64,000 bases of DNA from Marsupella aquatica (lineage: Eukaryota > Plantae > Marchantiophyta), in NCBI GenBank assembly GCA_973895155.1, contig OZ316892.1, forward strand, positions 7,547,251 to 7,611,250. The letters are read 5' to 3'. A model generated the notes under the pieces. It was not told where the DNA came from. It saw only the letters and a program-made list of their open reading frames with translations, and searched no databases. Below are positions 48,741-62,201 of this stretch, piece by piece (the stretch's first letter is position 1; the number at the start of each line of letters is the position of its first letter). A program made the position numbers and the translations under genes.

Positions 48741-51700
48741 TCAAGTATCATGTGGAGTAGCAGTCTCCGTGGTCATCATGCGTCGCACGCTCCGTAGTCC
48801 AATCGCCTGGCAGTGTCGGTGATGAACTGATGGCGATAGTGATTTGGTGAAGAGATCCGCACAATTGTCTGCACTTGAAATCTGCAAAATGTTGATCTCT
48901 TTTCCATGTAACTCGTGGGTGTAGAAAAATTTTGGAGCTATATGCTTCACGCGATCGCCTTTGATGAATCCTTTTGTGATCTGCTGTATACATGCTGCAT
49001 TATCCTCAAAAATGTTAGTAGGCTTCGTTAGTGGTGGTAGGCCGCATTTGGTGTTGATATGGTTTATAAAGGATCGTAACCAAACGGCTTCACGACTAGC
49101 CTCATGTAGAGCTAAGATTTCTGAGTGATTCGATGAGGTTGCTGTTAGGGTCTGTTTCACGTTTTTCCAAGAAAAAGCGGTACCCCTATGGTAAAAACAT
49201 ATCCAGTTTGGGATTTTGCGGTATCAGTGTCGGAGAGATATCCGGCATCCGCATATCCTATGAGTTCATGGTTTGCACCGAATGGGTAAAATAACCCGGT
49301 ATCGGTGGTTCCACGTAGATATCTAAATACGTGCTTAACTCCGTTCCAGTGTCTGGCTGTGGGAGTTGCACTATGTCTGGCTAGTAAGTTAACTGCAAAT
49401 GCAATGTCTGGTCTAGTCTGATTTGCTAGATACATTAATGCTCCTATCGCAGAAAGATATGGGGTTTCTGGTCCTAATATTGGTTCGTGTTCTTCGCGCT
49501 TGCGAAAAACATCAGTGTTGTTTTCTAATGAACGTACAACCATTGGTGACGTCAATGGGTGTGCTAGGTTCATATTGAACTGTTTTAGGATCTTTTTCGT
49601 TTGTGTAGTTTGATGGAGTATCATACCAGTAGGTAAGGTCTCCAGTTGTAATCCTAAGCAAAAGTTTGTATGTCCAAGGTCTTTCATCTCAAATGTGGAT
49701 TTAAGACTAGTAATAGTATCTTCTGTCAATTGGGGTGTCCCAAATATATTTAAGTCATCAACATAAATGGAAACGATGACATATTCATCATCTACATGTT
49801 TAATAAATAAACATGGTGTAATGGCATCATGGGAAAAACCCATGACAATCATTTCATCAGTAAATCTTTGATACCATACTCTGCCACTTTGTTTCAGGCC
49901 ATATAATGCCTTCAACACGCGGATAGCTAGTCCGCGGCGAGTATTCCGTACGGTTGACACAGCAGTGTCGTTATTATGAGTTACATGTGTAGATGACACA
50001 TTAGATGTAATTTGAGATAATTGTGTTATAATCTTATGTAGATATGGAATATGCGATTTAGCGCCTTGAGCTAAAGCTCGGCGTCGTTGCTCCAACTTAG
50101 GAGGTGATCGCATGTATAGACAAGTGTCTAAAGTTCCATATAGATATGCGGTCGCAACATCCAGTTGTCGCATTTGTAGTTTATGGAAAATGCGGGGGAA
50201 AATGGCAAATCCGATAAGATATCGGAATGTTGTGCTATCCATAACCGGTGAGTAAGTTTCATCGTAATGAATTCCCGGTTGTTGGGTAAATCCTTTCCCT
50301 ACCAGACGTGCTTTGTAGCGTACAACTTGGCCTTTATCATTTCTTTTTCGGATGAATGTCCACTTGTAGCCAATGAGGTGTACGTCTTGCGGTGTTGGCT
50401 CGACTAGGCCAAAAGTGTGTCTGCTTAGTAGGGAATCTAATTCTCCATTGATAGCTTTCTGCCATTCAGGCCAATCTGGTCTGTTTTGGCATTCTAAAAT
50501 GGATATTGGTTCTGGTGTCTCGTCAGTGATATGGGTTGCCACCATTAATGCAAAAGCATCATCTATTGAAGTAGTATTTCTATCCCACATCTCACCGGTG
50601 TGTGCGTAGTGGATAGAAATCTCTTCATGAGTTGTGGATTCGGTATGATCAACATCAGGTGAAGGTGGTATAGATGAACCGCGCCTTCTTGGTTGTTTAT
50701 CCTTTGATCCTAAGGTCTGCCTCGCTTTGCACGAGGTTGAGATGTACTTGCTGGCTCACTTGATAATTCGATGCGAGCAGATGCTCTCGCAGCTGGAATA
50801 TGTGAGCGGGTAAGTTGTGATGTGTCAACGAAAGCGTCAGGAAGTTCTTCCACAATCTTGTGGAGTTGCAAAATTCGCTGAACTTCTTTCTCCCCTTGAT
50901 TGGTTCTAGGGTCTTGCCAAAATGGCGAATGTCTTTCCCACTCCAAAGGTGGTTGTGGGTTTTTAGGGGTTACTAACTGTGGATAAACATGTTCGTCAAA
51001 ATGGCAATCTAGGAATCTAGATTTAAAAACATCGTCAGTTGTAGGTTCCATATATCGGATTATGGACGGTGAATCGAATCCGATGTATATCCCCAATTGT
51101 CGTTGGGGTCCCATCTTGGTTCGTTTGGGTGGGGTAATGGGGACCATTACTTGACATCCAAATGAACGAAGATGTGATAGGTCAGGTTTAATACCATTAG
51201 CAATTTGGTATGGGCTATAGGTGTTAAAAGCCGATGGGCGGTATTGGATTAATGCATTTGCTTGTAAGATGGTGTGTCCCCATGCTGAGACGGGGAGTTT
51301 TGACTGCATCAGTAGTGGGCGTGCAATGAGCTGAAGTCGTTTAATAACAACTTCGGCTAATCCATTCTGAAAGTGCACGTGGGGTACAGGGTATTGTACG
51401 TCGATGCCAAGTGATGTACAAAAGTCGTCAAATGTTTCGGATGTAAATTCCCCTGCATTGTCCACCCTTAGTGTCTTAATGGGGTGATCTGGGAATTGTG
51501 CTTTCACGCGCAGGATTTGTGCCAAAATGCGAGGCATAACCATGTTCCTCATTGAAAGCAGGGTCACATTTGACCATTTAGTTGATGCGTCGATTAATAC
51601 CATAAAGTAGCGAAATGGTCCGCTCATGGGTTAATTGGCCCGCAAACATCGGCGTGGATTATTTTCAAGAATTTGGGTATGTTGGTTGGCAATTTTGATG

Positions 51701-53427
51701 CCGTGGGCCTTGTTATTAATTTTCCGCGTGAGCATGCAGTGCATGGGGTGCTAACTGGGATGTGGCGTGTATTGATTGGAATGTCACTTGAATTCTTAAT
51801 TATTTTGGTTAGCATTGATTGGCCGGGGTGGCCGAGGCGTGCATGCCAAAGCACGGGCAATTCACTTGTTTGGGCATTGTTATGCAGGCATTCAATATGT
51901 GTTACATAAAACCCGCAAGGATACGAGAAAAGTGTTTCTTTAATGATTTTCCCCGTAGGGGTATTTTTAACCAAGTGAATGACCTCTTGGTCTGTGGTAT
52001 CGCCAGTTTGGACATGTAGCCCATTTTCTCGTATATCTCTAAAGCTGAGGAGATTACGAGTTGCGTTTGGGGCAAAAATGACAGATTCTATGTGTATTTC
52101 GGTACCATGCGGGAGTCTAATAGAAGCTGGGCCGAAGCCCTCTTCTATTTGGCTAGGACCATTGATAGTGGTCAGGGACCTACGTGATGGTGTAATCCTA
52201 TGAAAAAGGTGCTTATCCCGGAGGATAGTATGTGTCGTCGCACTGTCAATGATACATGTGCTTGGACTATTTAAATCTGGTGTAGTGGAGCTATTTGCCA
52301 CTAAGTGTGCCTTGGGTTGGGCGGGTAGGTCTGAGAAGTCTTGGAATGGGTCACTAGACTCCATAAATGCCCCGTGGGTTTCACGGGGTGGTGGCCTTGA
52401 GGTTTGTCCATCCTGGATGGACCGTTGATATAAATCTCTAAGGTGTTGCGGGATTCTACAGTTTCGCGCGAAGTGGTTTGTCATGCCACATTCATGGCAT
52501 TTTGGTCGTTCCCGTTGTTGTCAGGGTTGTGACCGATCATTCCTACGGTTGTTGTTGTATGGTCTACCACCACCGCGTCCGCCGCGTCCACCTCGTCCTC
52601 CGCGTCCGCCGCATCCATCGCGTCCTCCACGTCCTCCGCGTCCTCCACGTCCACTAAAGGACCGTCTGAAATTGTGTTGTGGGCGTTGGTTAAAGAAACT
52701 CCCCCTGTTGGGGTTGTTTCTATGGTTGCCATTCCTACTGCGCTTAATGCCCTACCTTGATGTGGAGGGTTCAGCGGTGTCGGTAAGATGTGTTTCACTC
52801 TGTGATCCTGAGGGCAGTGTGCCCGCATGACGTTTTCTAGAGTTAACTAAAAGGAGTTCTTGGTTTCTCTCTGTGACTAGGAGGTGGGCTATGAGCTTGG
52901 AGTATTGCCCGAACTTCATGTTTCGGTACTGTGTGGATAGCCACACATTCGATGAATGAAATGTCGACAAGGTCTTCTCTAGTAGATCCTTGTCTGTGAC
53001 CGGCTCGCCGCATAGTGCTAGGGTTGAGGTTATTCTAAAGAGTTCGCTATTGTAGGCTGAGATTGAAGTAAAGTCTTGGACCCGCAGGTTGAGCCAGTCT
53101 TGTCTGGCTCTAGGTAATTCAACCAGTTTCTGGTGGTCGAATCGGGTCTGTAGGGCTGTCCATAGTTCCCGAGGGGTCGAAAGGTGCATGTATTGTCTCT
53201 GGAGGAATCTATGGATGTGGCGTCTCAGGAATACTAGGGCTTTAGATTCGTTGGCTTTTGTTAGTGGATCTGGTTGAGGTTCGCCGGCAAGGATAGGTTG
53301 GGCCATTCCTATCGCTGGGAGTAGGGTTAGCGATGTAAGGTTCTCTCTAAGATTCATTGGCCATTCTAGGTAGTTACTACCATCGATGTCAAGGGCTGGA
53401 AAGTTGAGTTTCTCGAGGTTGGTCATT
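48741..53427 (-). pseudogene. Bianca gag-pol with 2 nonsense codons and 3 frameshifts
   Basis: CHECGMTNHFARNC, IIDSATTH, WHARLGH..CTAC, HADVCGP, RVDNAGEF, ALYGLKQSGR, IYVDDL, GYADAG, FEDN, ADLFTK. TAG at 52752-52754, TGA at ~52528, frameshifts at ~51625, ~50711 and ~49185. Confidence 0.92.
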
Positions 53428-55027
53428 GGGTTGATGGCTGGATTCCCTTTGAAGTGTGGTTGGGGTTTATATGCTAGTAAGTATAGTAAGGAATGACAAA
53501 GCACATTTCTGCGGCATGCAAAGTGAAGCTGGGTGGAGAGAGCATGCAAATCCGAAATTCCTTTTTAGGGTTTGCGCTTATGGTTTAGGTTTTCTTTGGT
53601 ATTTGGTTAACTGCAAATTTTCCTTTATAGGTGCTCTTTTCTTTGTTAAACTGTGCAGTTATCTGGTTGTGCACTTAGGGTTGCAGTTATGGGTTGTATC
53701 TACTCGTGACTTGGTTAAGTGCACTTTTGGCTTTGTAAATCAAATCTCTTTGACGAATGTTGCAATTAACGAGGGTTTTGCGGTTATTTGCGGTTATGGA
53801 GCGTGCACTTAGCGTTTTTCTATCGGACTCGACATTTCCTTGATGGAATGTAGCGTAATTGCCCCTCTTGGTGGCTCCCCTTTGCTGGTGCTCCTTTGGC
53901 GCCTCTAGTCCTTATCGTTTTTCCTTTCAATGGTTCCCCTTATCGATTGCCAGATCTTGTCGTTACGGGAGTTCTTCCTTTCGATGATCTTTGTAGCCAC
54001 TCTATGCCAATGCTGTCTCCACGTTCGTCTTCTTTTGAACTTGTCTTGATCGATTTCGTCTCAGATTGTGGCCTTCTTCATATCATTATACTGTTTGAGG
54101 GTTCTTCCCGATTGCCCTTTGTCGTTTCTTATGGGAATCTCCCCGGGTCTGCTTTTCGTCTCTATTTAGATTTCGTGGTGGGCTGTCGTGTATGTCTAGG
54201 CTCTGCTCTTCTGCCTCCTTGAGTGATCTTCGATGTCCTTATGAGGTCGTTCCGTCATGGCTCGGCTCAATCTCTCGTTTCTATATCACATTTGCTGCTT
54301 TCGACCTTCTTCTCTTGATCTTCGACTCCCCTTGACTTCTCAATCCTCTTTTGTCAGTTAATTCTATATCTCTCCTCCTTCGATCGATCTCACCTAATCT
54401 CTATTTCTCTCCTTAATTTGTCGATCCTGTGCGCAGGCCAAGGTCGACTGTCTGCTGCGCCTTCATGTTCGGGTTCGATAGAGATTTCTACTTCTTCACG
54501 ATCTTTACGAGTCTCCTTGCTTCCAGGTTCCTTCGATCTCCGTAACCTTTCTAGGGAAAATCTTCTTAGCCTCCGGCTTTTTTCTTATGTTCTCGAGGCC
54601 TTGTAGTTACTGGATAGGTACGTTCACCCGGTCCTCTTTGCTTCTACCCGGGTTTTCTTTTTGTTTGGGCAGTATCGATCGTGGACTGTCCTTATGAGTT
54701 TACTCGTGCGATTGGCGGGGTGATTGGTTCTCTTCGGGATTTCTGTCTATGTAAGTAAGTTGATGATCAGGAAAATTTTACCATAAGTTCCTATCGATCG
54801 CCCTCATTCGATTCACGAGTCACTCCTTCTCTCTTAAGCTAGGGTCGTGGATCCCGATTGTTGTCCTTATTGTCATTGACAATCGTTCCGAGGCCGAGTC
54901 AAAGCCTTATCCTTAGTTAATGAGTCCACGCTCCCTTTTTCATGCAATCTCCATAACCCTTCAAAGTTTCTTATCCTCTCGATTCTCTGCTCTGCTCTCC
55001 GCTCGTTAAGCTTTCGTGCTGATAACG

Positions 55028-55134
55028 TGTTTGATGGTGATAACAATAGTCTCAGTATAGTTTCGGTAATGGTACATATGGTGGTGTCGGGATGACCGGC
55101 TGATCCGGTCATCCGGTCAAGGTAGAGTCTAACA
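55028..55134 (-). repeat. 5' LTR (107 bp)
   Basis: Adjacent to the PBS (55027-55015) and flanked by CTATC at 55135-55139. Confidence 0.96.
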
Positions 55135-58100
55135 CTATCATAATTCTCGCCCTCATTTTTTGGTGGTAACACCAAATCCCAAGTCTTGCTTCATAGCTAC
55201 ACAATGCCTCCTTGTATTTAGCAACATCTCTGGCAAATCTTTTATATACCCAGGTTGTCTCCGTTCGTTATGATGGATGGAATGCCCCTTGACTGAATCC
55301 AAACAAGAATCAGGCTAGAACATCTAGTTCTTATTTGGATGCTTGCGGGATGCTTGGTGGCAGCTCCCTTATCACAGACTATGTGTTCAACATTGCAAAA
55401 TGTTCACCTTCCTCAAGCCATTCAGCCATCAGCAACAACTTTGCTGGCGTGAGTTCTGAGCTCTTGGCCAAGGTTGCAGGAGAATCCGGTACCTTTTGCA
55501 CCTCATCAAACACAGCATCTTGTCTTGAATCCATTGAATCTCCAAGGTGGAATTGCTGATTTTGAATCAGCTAGGATATGTCACTGAGAATTGAAGAAAA
55601 TGCTCTTCTTGATACAACCATGGCGCCCGCCACGGCGCACACGCAAGTGGGGAGGCGGATTCCCAAATTCAAATATTTGCCTCAAACGCAACTTGGTAAA
55701 CCCGGGTCTAATCCATGCTGGACTCAGTTTAGGATCCAGACAAAGTTCAGACCCCCATTTTGGGACACCTGATTTTGGAACCCAGTTTCCCGGCCCGGTT
55801 TAGGGTATTGAGCGGCAACCAGAGGTATCCTGGTGACTGGAAGGAGCCCCCAAAAGTGGAGGTTTGAGACGCCCTATTGTTCCAACATGTTATTTGTTTC
55901 AAGGAACATCTTAACTAACAAGTAAGAATGAAACAACAAATCAATAGACCAACCAACCAACAATAAGTGTAGAGCAAGAATAGGGTCTGTCCAGGGTGGG
56001 AGGAGGGGGGGGGAGGGGTACCAAACTGGTCCATAAGGCCCCAAAGAATCAAAGAAGATGAGGATTCAATCTAATTTTCTGGCAAGGTGAACAATTTCCC
56101 AAGTATGAAGTGCTATCTCTCTCCCAGTGTGGATGAGGTTAGGCCAAAGTGCCCTGGAAATCACTTGCCAATGAAATAGTTTGTTTGAAAAAACAATTGC
56201 CCAAGTATATTGTGTACCTAATGCTATAGGTTATGATATGTTATCTATATCCAATCACTATCCTATCCATCCTCAACGCTCATCCCTGGGCGCTAAGCCA
56301 CTCAGTACAGAATACCAAAGGAGAAATAGCATCCTCAAAAGACCAACAATAATTTCCAAATTAGATCTATTAAAGCCTGGCTGGCTGTTTGAAAAAAATG
56401 ACTTTTTCCAATGCACCCAATTGACACTTGAATCTCTAATAGACGGCAAGACCTTAAATCTGCAAGGGCCAACTAGAATGCTCGTCGTTATCAAACGTTT
56501 ACAGAGGTGATGTGATTGTCCTGTTCCACTTTTTCAGGACCAATTAGGACTGGCATGCGTTACTCAGGATATGGTTCAGTGTTAACCAGCTCTCCTGAAA
56601 TCAAGTTAAAGTCAATTTGCAAGGACAGTCCACACATAAGGTACTCTAAGACAATATAAAATGAACAATGCACAAAGTCAATTTTGAGAGGACCATCCAC
56701 ATGCTAGATGACTCTAACACTAATATAAAATGAACAATGCTCAAAATCAAATTTACAGAGCCAGTTGTGCCAGCCAGGATGTTCCACATGCGCAAAAGGA
56801 CTCTAAGACAATATAAAATTCTAACCCAGTTGTAGGCCCCATTCAGTACGCTCCCAACCTCTTCTGTCCCTGTGCCGTTGCCCTCCATCCGCCCCACCCA
56901 ACCACAATATATGTCAATCCGCCTATCTGCCTATTTAGTTTGTAGGCAAAATTTTCCCTTAAGCTTACCTGGAAGATGCTTCGGTGACTTACAAACAAAA
57001 TAAAACAGGCTGAGATTTTTCGCATCCATTTGCCAATCCTTTACTAACTAAGAGGTTTAGTAGCCACTGTACTGGTTCTTAAATCTAGAGACATTAAACA
57101 GCTCACATGCCTACCAAAATTTGGGTGACAGAAATATATAATTCTGAGTGAAGGAGCCAAGGGCAGTGTTCCTTCAGCCATCCAAGGGTTAGCCCTTGAA
57201 ACTACAAGACTATTGGATAAGATTTGTTATTTCATTGAAAACTTGAGATTTAATGTGGAGTGGATGCGCCTTCCCCTCTGCTTTCCATGCCCTCAATTCC
57301 TTCACGTTTGATGGAATAGTTCCCCAAGTTGTCACTCACTCTGCTTTCCCAGAATGAGAACTCCACACTGTCACTCACTCTTCTTTCCCGAAATGAGAAG
57401 TGGTCTGGTCTTCTGGTCCCTCCAGCCAATCAAGCAGTGGCAAGTACGCCACATTAATTTAGCGCCAGCACAGGACTCCACTGTAGCCGCTGGCAACCGA
57501 AGTGGGGCTTTCACGAGCAGCTAAATGATTAGCGAGGGAAGGCCACACTTCATCGATGTGCCTGTCTTGCGCAGGGGAGTCGCCAACTGGTCATCCTCAT
57601 CACCCGCTAGCTGGCCTCGCTCGCTTGTTGTCTGGCCGAAAGCGAGGGATTAATTTGGAGGGACCGCCAACTGCGACCGAGCTCATTGGGCCAACCTACC
57701 AAGATAGAGAAGTGCAGGCGAGGGCTGGCTGGGTGCGATCCAAGATCCACCTGGCCATGGTCGGGCGTGAATCCCAACCCCCTCGTGGGAATATTCTCCG
57801 GTCTTACCGGATAGTAGCAAAGACTTTCTGGACTTCTGAGGGGTGACCCGTGGTTTCCGCTCCTGGGCCTCTTGCTGTTGTCGTAAGGGTACTCAGACCT
57901 GTTTTCGATCACCCCCTGCCCCTCCATCCCAGGGTATATTTGGTTGTTAAATGTTTTAATGTCACCTTGTGAAGAAGAATATTTATTATCTAGTTTTCCA
58001 AGTTTTTATGAACTTAAAGTTGGGATAGACACAAACGTTTTAGAAAAAGCCCTGATGAACAAAAATAACCTGGATGGACACATAACAAACCTAAGATTGT

Positions 58101-61100
58101 GTTTGTATAACATGTTTTTCACTTGTGCTCCAATGGTGATGTGTAAGGAGTTGTCTGACCGGGAGCACGAGGTTTTTGGTTGTTTCTTCCCCTAGTCTGT
58201 GGCAGGAGCAACGGAGGAGGTTAAACGTACTTAACTTAATGTCTAAATCTTGGTTAGCTTCAGTTCATAAGACACCTGTAATCCATTTTGGGTGTCATTA
58301 GGGATTGGTGTTACAGTGTCAACAGGCTGTGTAAATCCGGGTTGCCCCTACAAATGTTTGTGTCTATCCGGCTTTAAGTTCAGTTTTTATAGTTTAATTC
58401 TTGACCCTTAGATCTACTTAAAGTTAAAGATAACTGTCAGATTGTGGCGTATGATAGGTGGAAACTGGCTAACAGAAACAAAATCTACTGAATGTTTTTG
58501 CCAAACTTGACTAAGAGTGTTCACAGGGTGAACTTTAGAAAATTCTCACCACTAAGGAAGTGCGGCTCCATGCCACCCCTCCCTCCAGGTGCTGGGAGTG
58601 AGTCTGGACCTCTTCAACAAAGGGTGGCCCCCCCCCTCAATTGTACAGTTGCAGCAGCGGTACAATTCGGATATAGTGTGAAAGGGTGTGGTGGGTGACA
58701 AGGAGACAATGGAAAAAGACCTGGTTGTTTCATATCTTTTTTTTTAGCTCTCGCTTCTCCGATGCGCTGGATTCATTCCTTAATTGGAACAGTCTCCTCG
58801 GGCCGGGAGGGGAATTAGGAATCTTGATTTAGCTTTGGTCGGGTTGACCACTTTGTTTGTTACCTATGCGAAAGTGTTCGTGGGGCGAAGTTTAATGCGG
58901 TATGGTGCAAGAAACAATAATTGGGTTAGTAATAAATGTTGATCGATGCTTGGAGGGACCGTAAAGTATAGGATGATCTATCCCCTTGACGGAGTTATTA
59001 TGGTTGCAATCCCCGAGGGCATCAGCCTGAGGAGTAAGGAGGTTACAAGAATACTGGCCATTACCCCAAGACTCCAAGAGGGTTTGGGTTACCTAGTGTA
59101 AATGCGATGATAATGATTGCAAAAAGCATATTTCGGAAAGTTTGTCTTATAATCTTCAATGAAAACAAAACTGAAAGCCAAATTTACAATGCTAAGATTG
59201 TTTTGTCCCTACCCCCGGCCCTCCCCCCCACTCTCTGAAAGATGTCTTTCCCCAGGCTGCCTTGGTTAAGATTTTTTAGTACTATATAGTCTGCACAACT
59301 TGTATCTCCATTGGTGCTGTGAGGGTAGTTGAGGCATCCTGCGAAAGTGACAGTGGTGATAAAAAAGTATAAAGTACCTTGACCTACACAAAAGGCTGTC
59401 GATCTCTCAGAAAACTTGTAGTTGACAATACATCTACAGTACAATCCTTGAAAAAGTTGACAAGTGGCAACTGCACTCTTCATCCTATTGTCACATGTGA
59501 CAATTTAGGTGCAGATGTAGTCCTAGGGTGGGGATCCCTAAGATGTTGTCGGAAAACAAAGTGAGCATTCATATGAATGAAAAAATGCATGTTCCAAAGG
59601 AGGACGTTTATCCTCTATTGGATGGACCTGTTTTCAATTTTCAAGGCAAAAAAAATTAAAAATTTATCCCATTGAAAAATCAGTAGCTGCAAATGTTTGC
59701 TCTCAGAGATGCTCTTTTTATGAAAGTCAAGCATGGAAATCGCATTAGATGTTACAGGTTTTTGATTCTCGAATTTAGTGGCTGTAAAGTATCTTTGCTG
59801 ACAGCTAATGCATGTTTTAGTTTAGTCTTAAGTTTTTTTATGAGTAACACATATTCAAACCTGACCTGGTTGGGTCTACTAGACTCTACACAGTACTGGC
59901 TCTTCCCAAGTGTGGTGAAAATGTTGTTTACATAAGAGACTTGCTTCATGGATTTTACTTTCAAGTTAGTCATCAGCGCAGATTGGATCCCAAAATGTGC
60001 TTGGAATGAAGATAACTTTCCAATCCATGTCATCCTGGTTCAAAATATGTATTCTAGGCAGACTGGTTGGAAGGATGTTTTCTCTCTTCCCTGGGTGTGC
60101 TCCTGCTCTCAGTCCCCTTAATTGTTCTTTGCTCCCCTCCTTCTCCTAGGTGGTTTGTTGTTGGTCGTATGGAATAGAGTTTTTTGCCATTTAAAAAAAA
60201 AATTTAAAAAAAAATGTATTCTGTAGATTCTGTGGAAGCTTAGAAATTAATCCTAACCGACCACTCCTTAGAAAAATGCGTTTTGTTTGGAGCCAAGTTG
60301 AGTTCGAAGTTGGGGACAAGGTGAGCTGAGGACAAGGTCGAGTTGGAAGCGCGTCAATGGGGCCGGTACTAGGGTATGTTGAACCGTAAAAACACTGACA
60401 ACTTGACTCACGTCTGGCAGACTCGACCAACCGTATACTGGATCGGAGAATACTGTACATATCTGTACAGTACAGTAATTGTCTGTACAGTACAGTACAC
60501 AGCTAAACTCCGTTAGAACCTAACTCCGGTTGGGCAGGGCCGTGGTACAACAGTGGTCTTAGAGGAGCGGGGGATCGAGCCGTCACGCGGTTGATGGTTG
60601 AGACCGATTCTTCTTACCGCTCGATGAGACTCCATCGCCTCGGCGCTACGACTGCAGTACTGTACTTGACTGCGCAGTACCGGTACTCGATACCCGGCGG
60701 TCGGGCGAGTTCAACGACGATGGCACTGGGGTTTGAACCTGACTGCAGGAGTTGGTCAAGACTGAGACCAAAGGCTGCAATGATCTGACTACGCGTTTCT
60801 TCAGACTCCCCATCGATGCCTCCCCTCTCGACTACACTCTGTGTACTGTATGTTCCTGCTTGTCGCTGGCAAAATGCACGGCGCCGGTCAGCTATGGCGG
60901 ACGCCTGGCGATGGATGGAGGGTGCAGATGCAGAAATGGAGGCAGGGGAAACAGTGCAATTCTGTACAGTAGCCGCGTCGAGGGACTACGGTAGAATGAT
61001 AAAGCGGCAAATCGCCCATATCATGGGACAGACATGGGGAATCGGGTCCAGTCACTAGTAGAGTGAAGGAAGAGGCTACTACTCACACTACTCGTCTGGA

Positions 61101-62201
61101 ATAGGGAGGAGAGGGGGGGCCGAAGGGATGGCTGACCGGTGACCGCTGTGCTGGGCTCGATTGACTCGGTGTGTGCCGAGTGAAGAAGCAGAGTTCCACA
61201 GGTAATGCGTGGCGGTGGTAGAGACTCTAGCGAAGAAGGCTGTGGCGAGGGGGAGAAAATGCGGGACTAGTGGAGAAGGAGTTTCACTGTTATAGAAAAG
61301 GGATGGGGCAGTGATGTGGAAGTAGAAAGAGAGGGAGAGGGCGGAGAGGCAAAGAAATGAAAGCGAGGAGGAGCTTTGAGATTTTCTATTAGAGAAGAGA
61401 GGACGAGAGAAGACGGAGGGAGGATTTGTTTGTTGAGAGGGAGAGGAGGGAGGGGGCACCGGGGAGAGAAGAAGAGGACGAAACGTCAAGGAAGGAACTA
61501 AGCCAGCGCGGAGTGACAGGTTTTTGACTTTTTCACTCTAGAGCTTGAAAGGATTGTCCGTGAGTGAGCTGTGCTACTCTGTGGTGTTGTTCCCTGTCTA
61601 GGGGAGGACGCTCTCTATTTCTCTCTCTTTCTTTCTTTATCTGTCAGTTGGCTGTGATTTTTGTCTGTCAGTTGTCTCTCTTCCTCTCACCGCTCGCCTC
61701 GTCAGTTCTGAATCTCCGCCGTGAGGCTCTCTTCAGTTGCAGTGGTCTCTTGTCTCCACTGGTCTTCAATCGATGGACGGTGTTTCGAATGGTTGTGCTT
61801 GCTTTCCTTCCTTCAGAGTTTGATTGCATACCGTACGTGGATGCGTTTGTGAGATTAGGGGGGAGAGGCTTTCTCCGACGTTGGCACACACAAACGCAGA
61901 TAGGGGAGGAGTGCAGACTGGAGGTTGGAGGTGGAGGACCTTAATAACTTCGGAAGGCACGACGGTGAACGGAGGGCGGGGAAATAAGGTAGATCTGAGG
62001 AAGCTGGAAGGCAACTAGTGTTGTCCGGCCACTAATCTGCAAGTATCTTCTGCTCGTTTGGTTGGGCACGGTGGAGCGGTGCAGAGTCACGGACGACTCT
62101 TGTGTGTCCGATTTCGTGGCGAGCTACGTAGACATTCAGCGATTGAGTGATTAAGTTATTCATCGATAGAGTGATTCGATTGTTTGAGTTGAATATCGAC
62201 G

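Larger units (their letters stand above)
48321..55134 (-). mobile_element. Full-length Ty1/copia LTR retrotransposon, Bianca lineage
   Basis: Identical 107-bp LTRs (48321-48427 and 55028-55134), TSD CTATC on both sides, PBS CGTTATCAGCACG, purine tract AAAGGGGAG. Domain order gag-PR-IN-RT-RH. Bianca-like MTNLEKLNFPALDIDGSNYLEW and HIAPKFFYTHEL. Confidence 0.96.
47396..55534 (-). pseudogene. Decayed Harbinger-type Myb/SANT-like ORF split by the copia insertion (parts ~55534-55140 and ~48315-47396)
   Basis: Joining across the CTATC site gives fragments KYKEA..KQDLGFGVT..|IKQIEAK..KICPHFE..RMHALYGHRENV and a charged C-terminal coil, with many stops and frameshifts. Confidence 0.45.

Noticed and set aside
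52483-52830. Pro/Arg-rich plus-strand ORF and the Asp/Ala-rich ORF 52481-52828
   Set aside because: These are antisense and alternative frames of the RGG repeat in Bianca Gag.
55880-60200. Possible highly decayed LINE or other retroelement fragments
   Set aside because: Only vague residue patterns, with no diagnostic RT or endonuclease motif and no definable boundaries.
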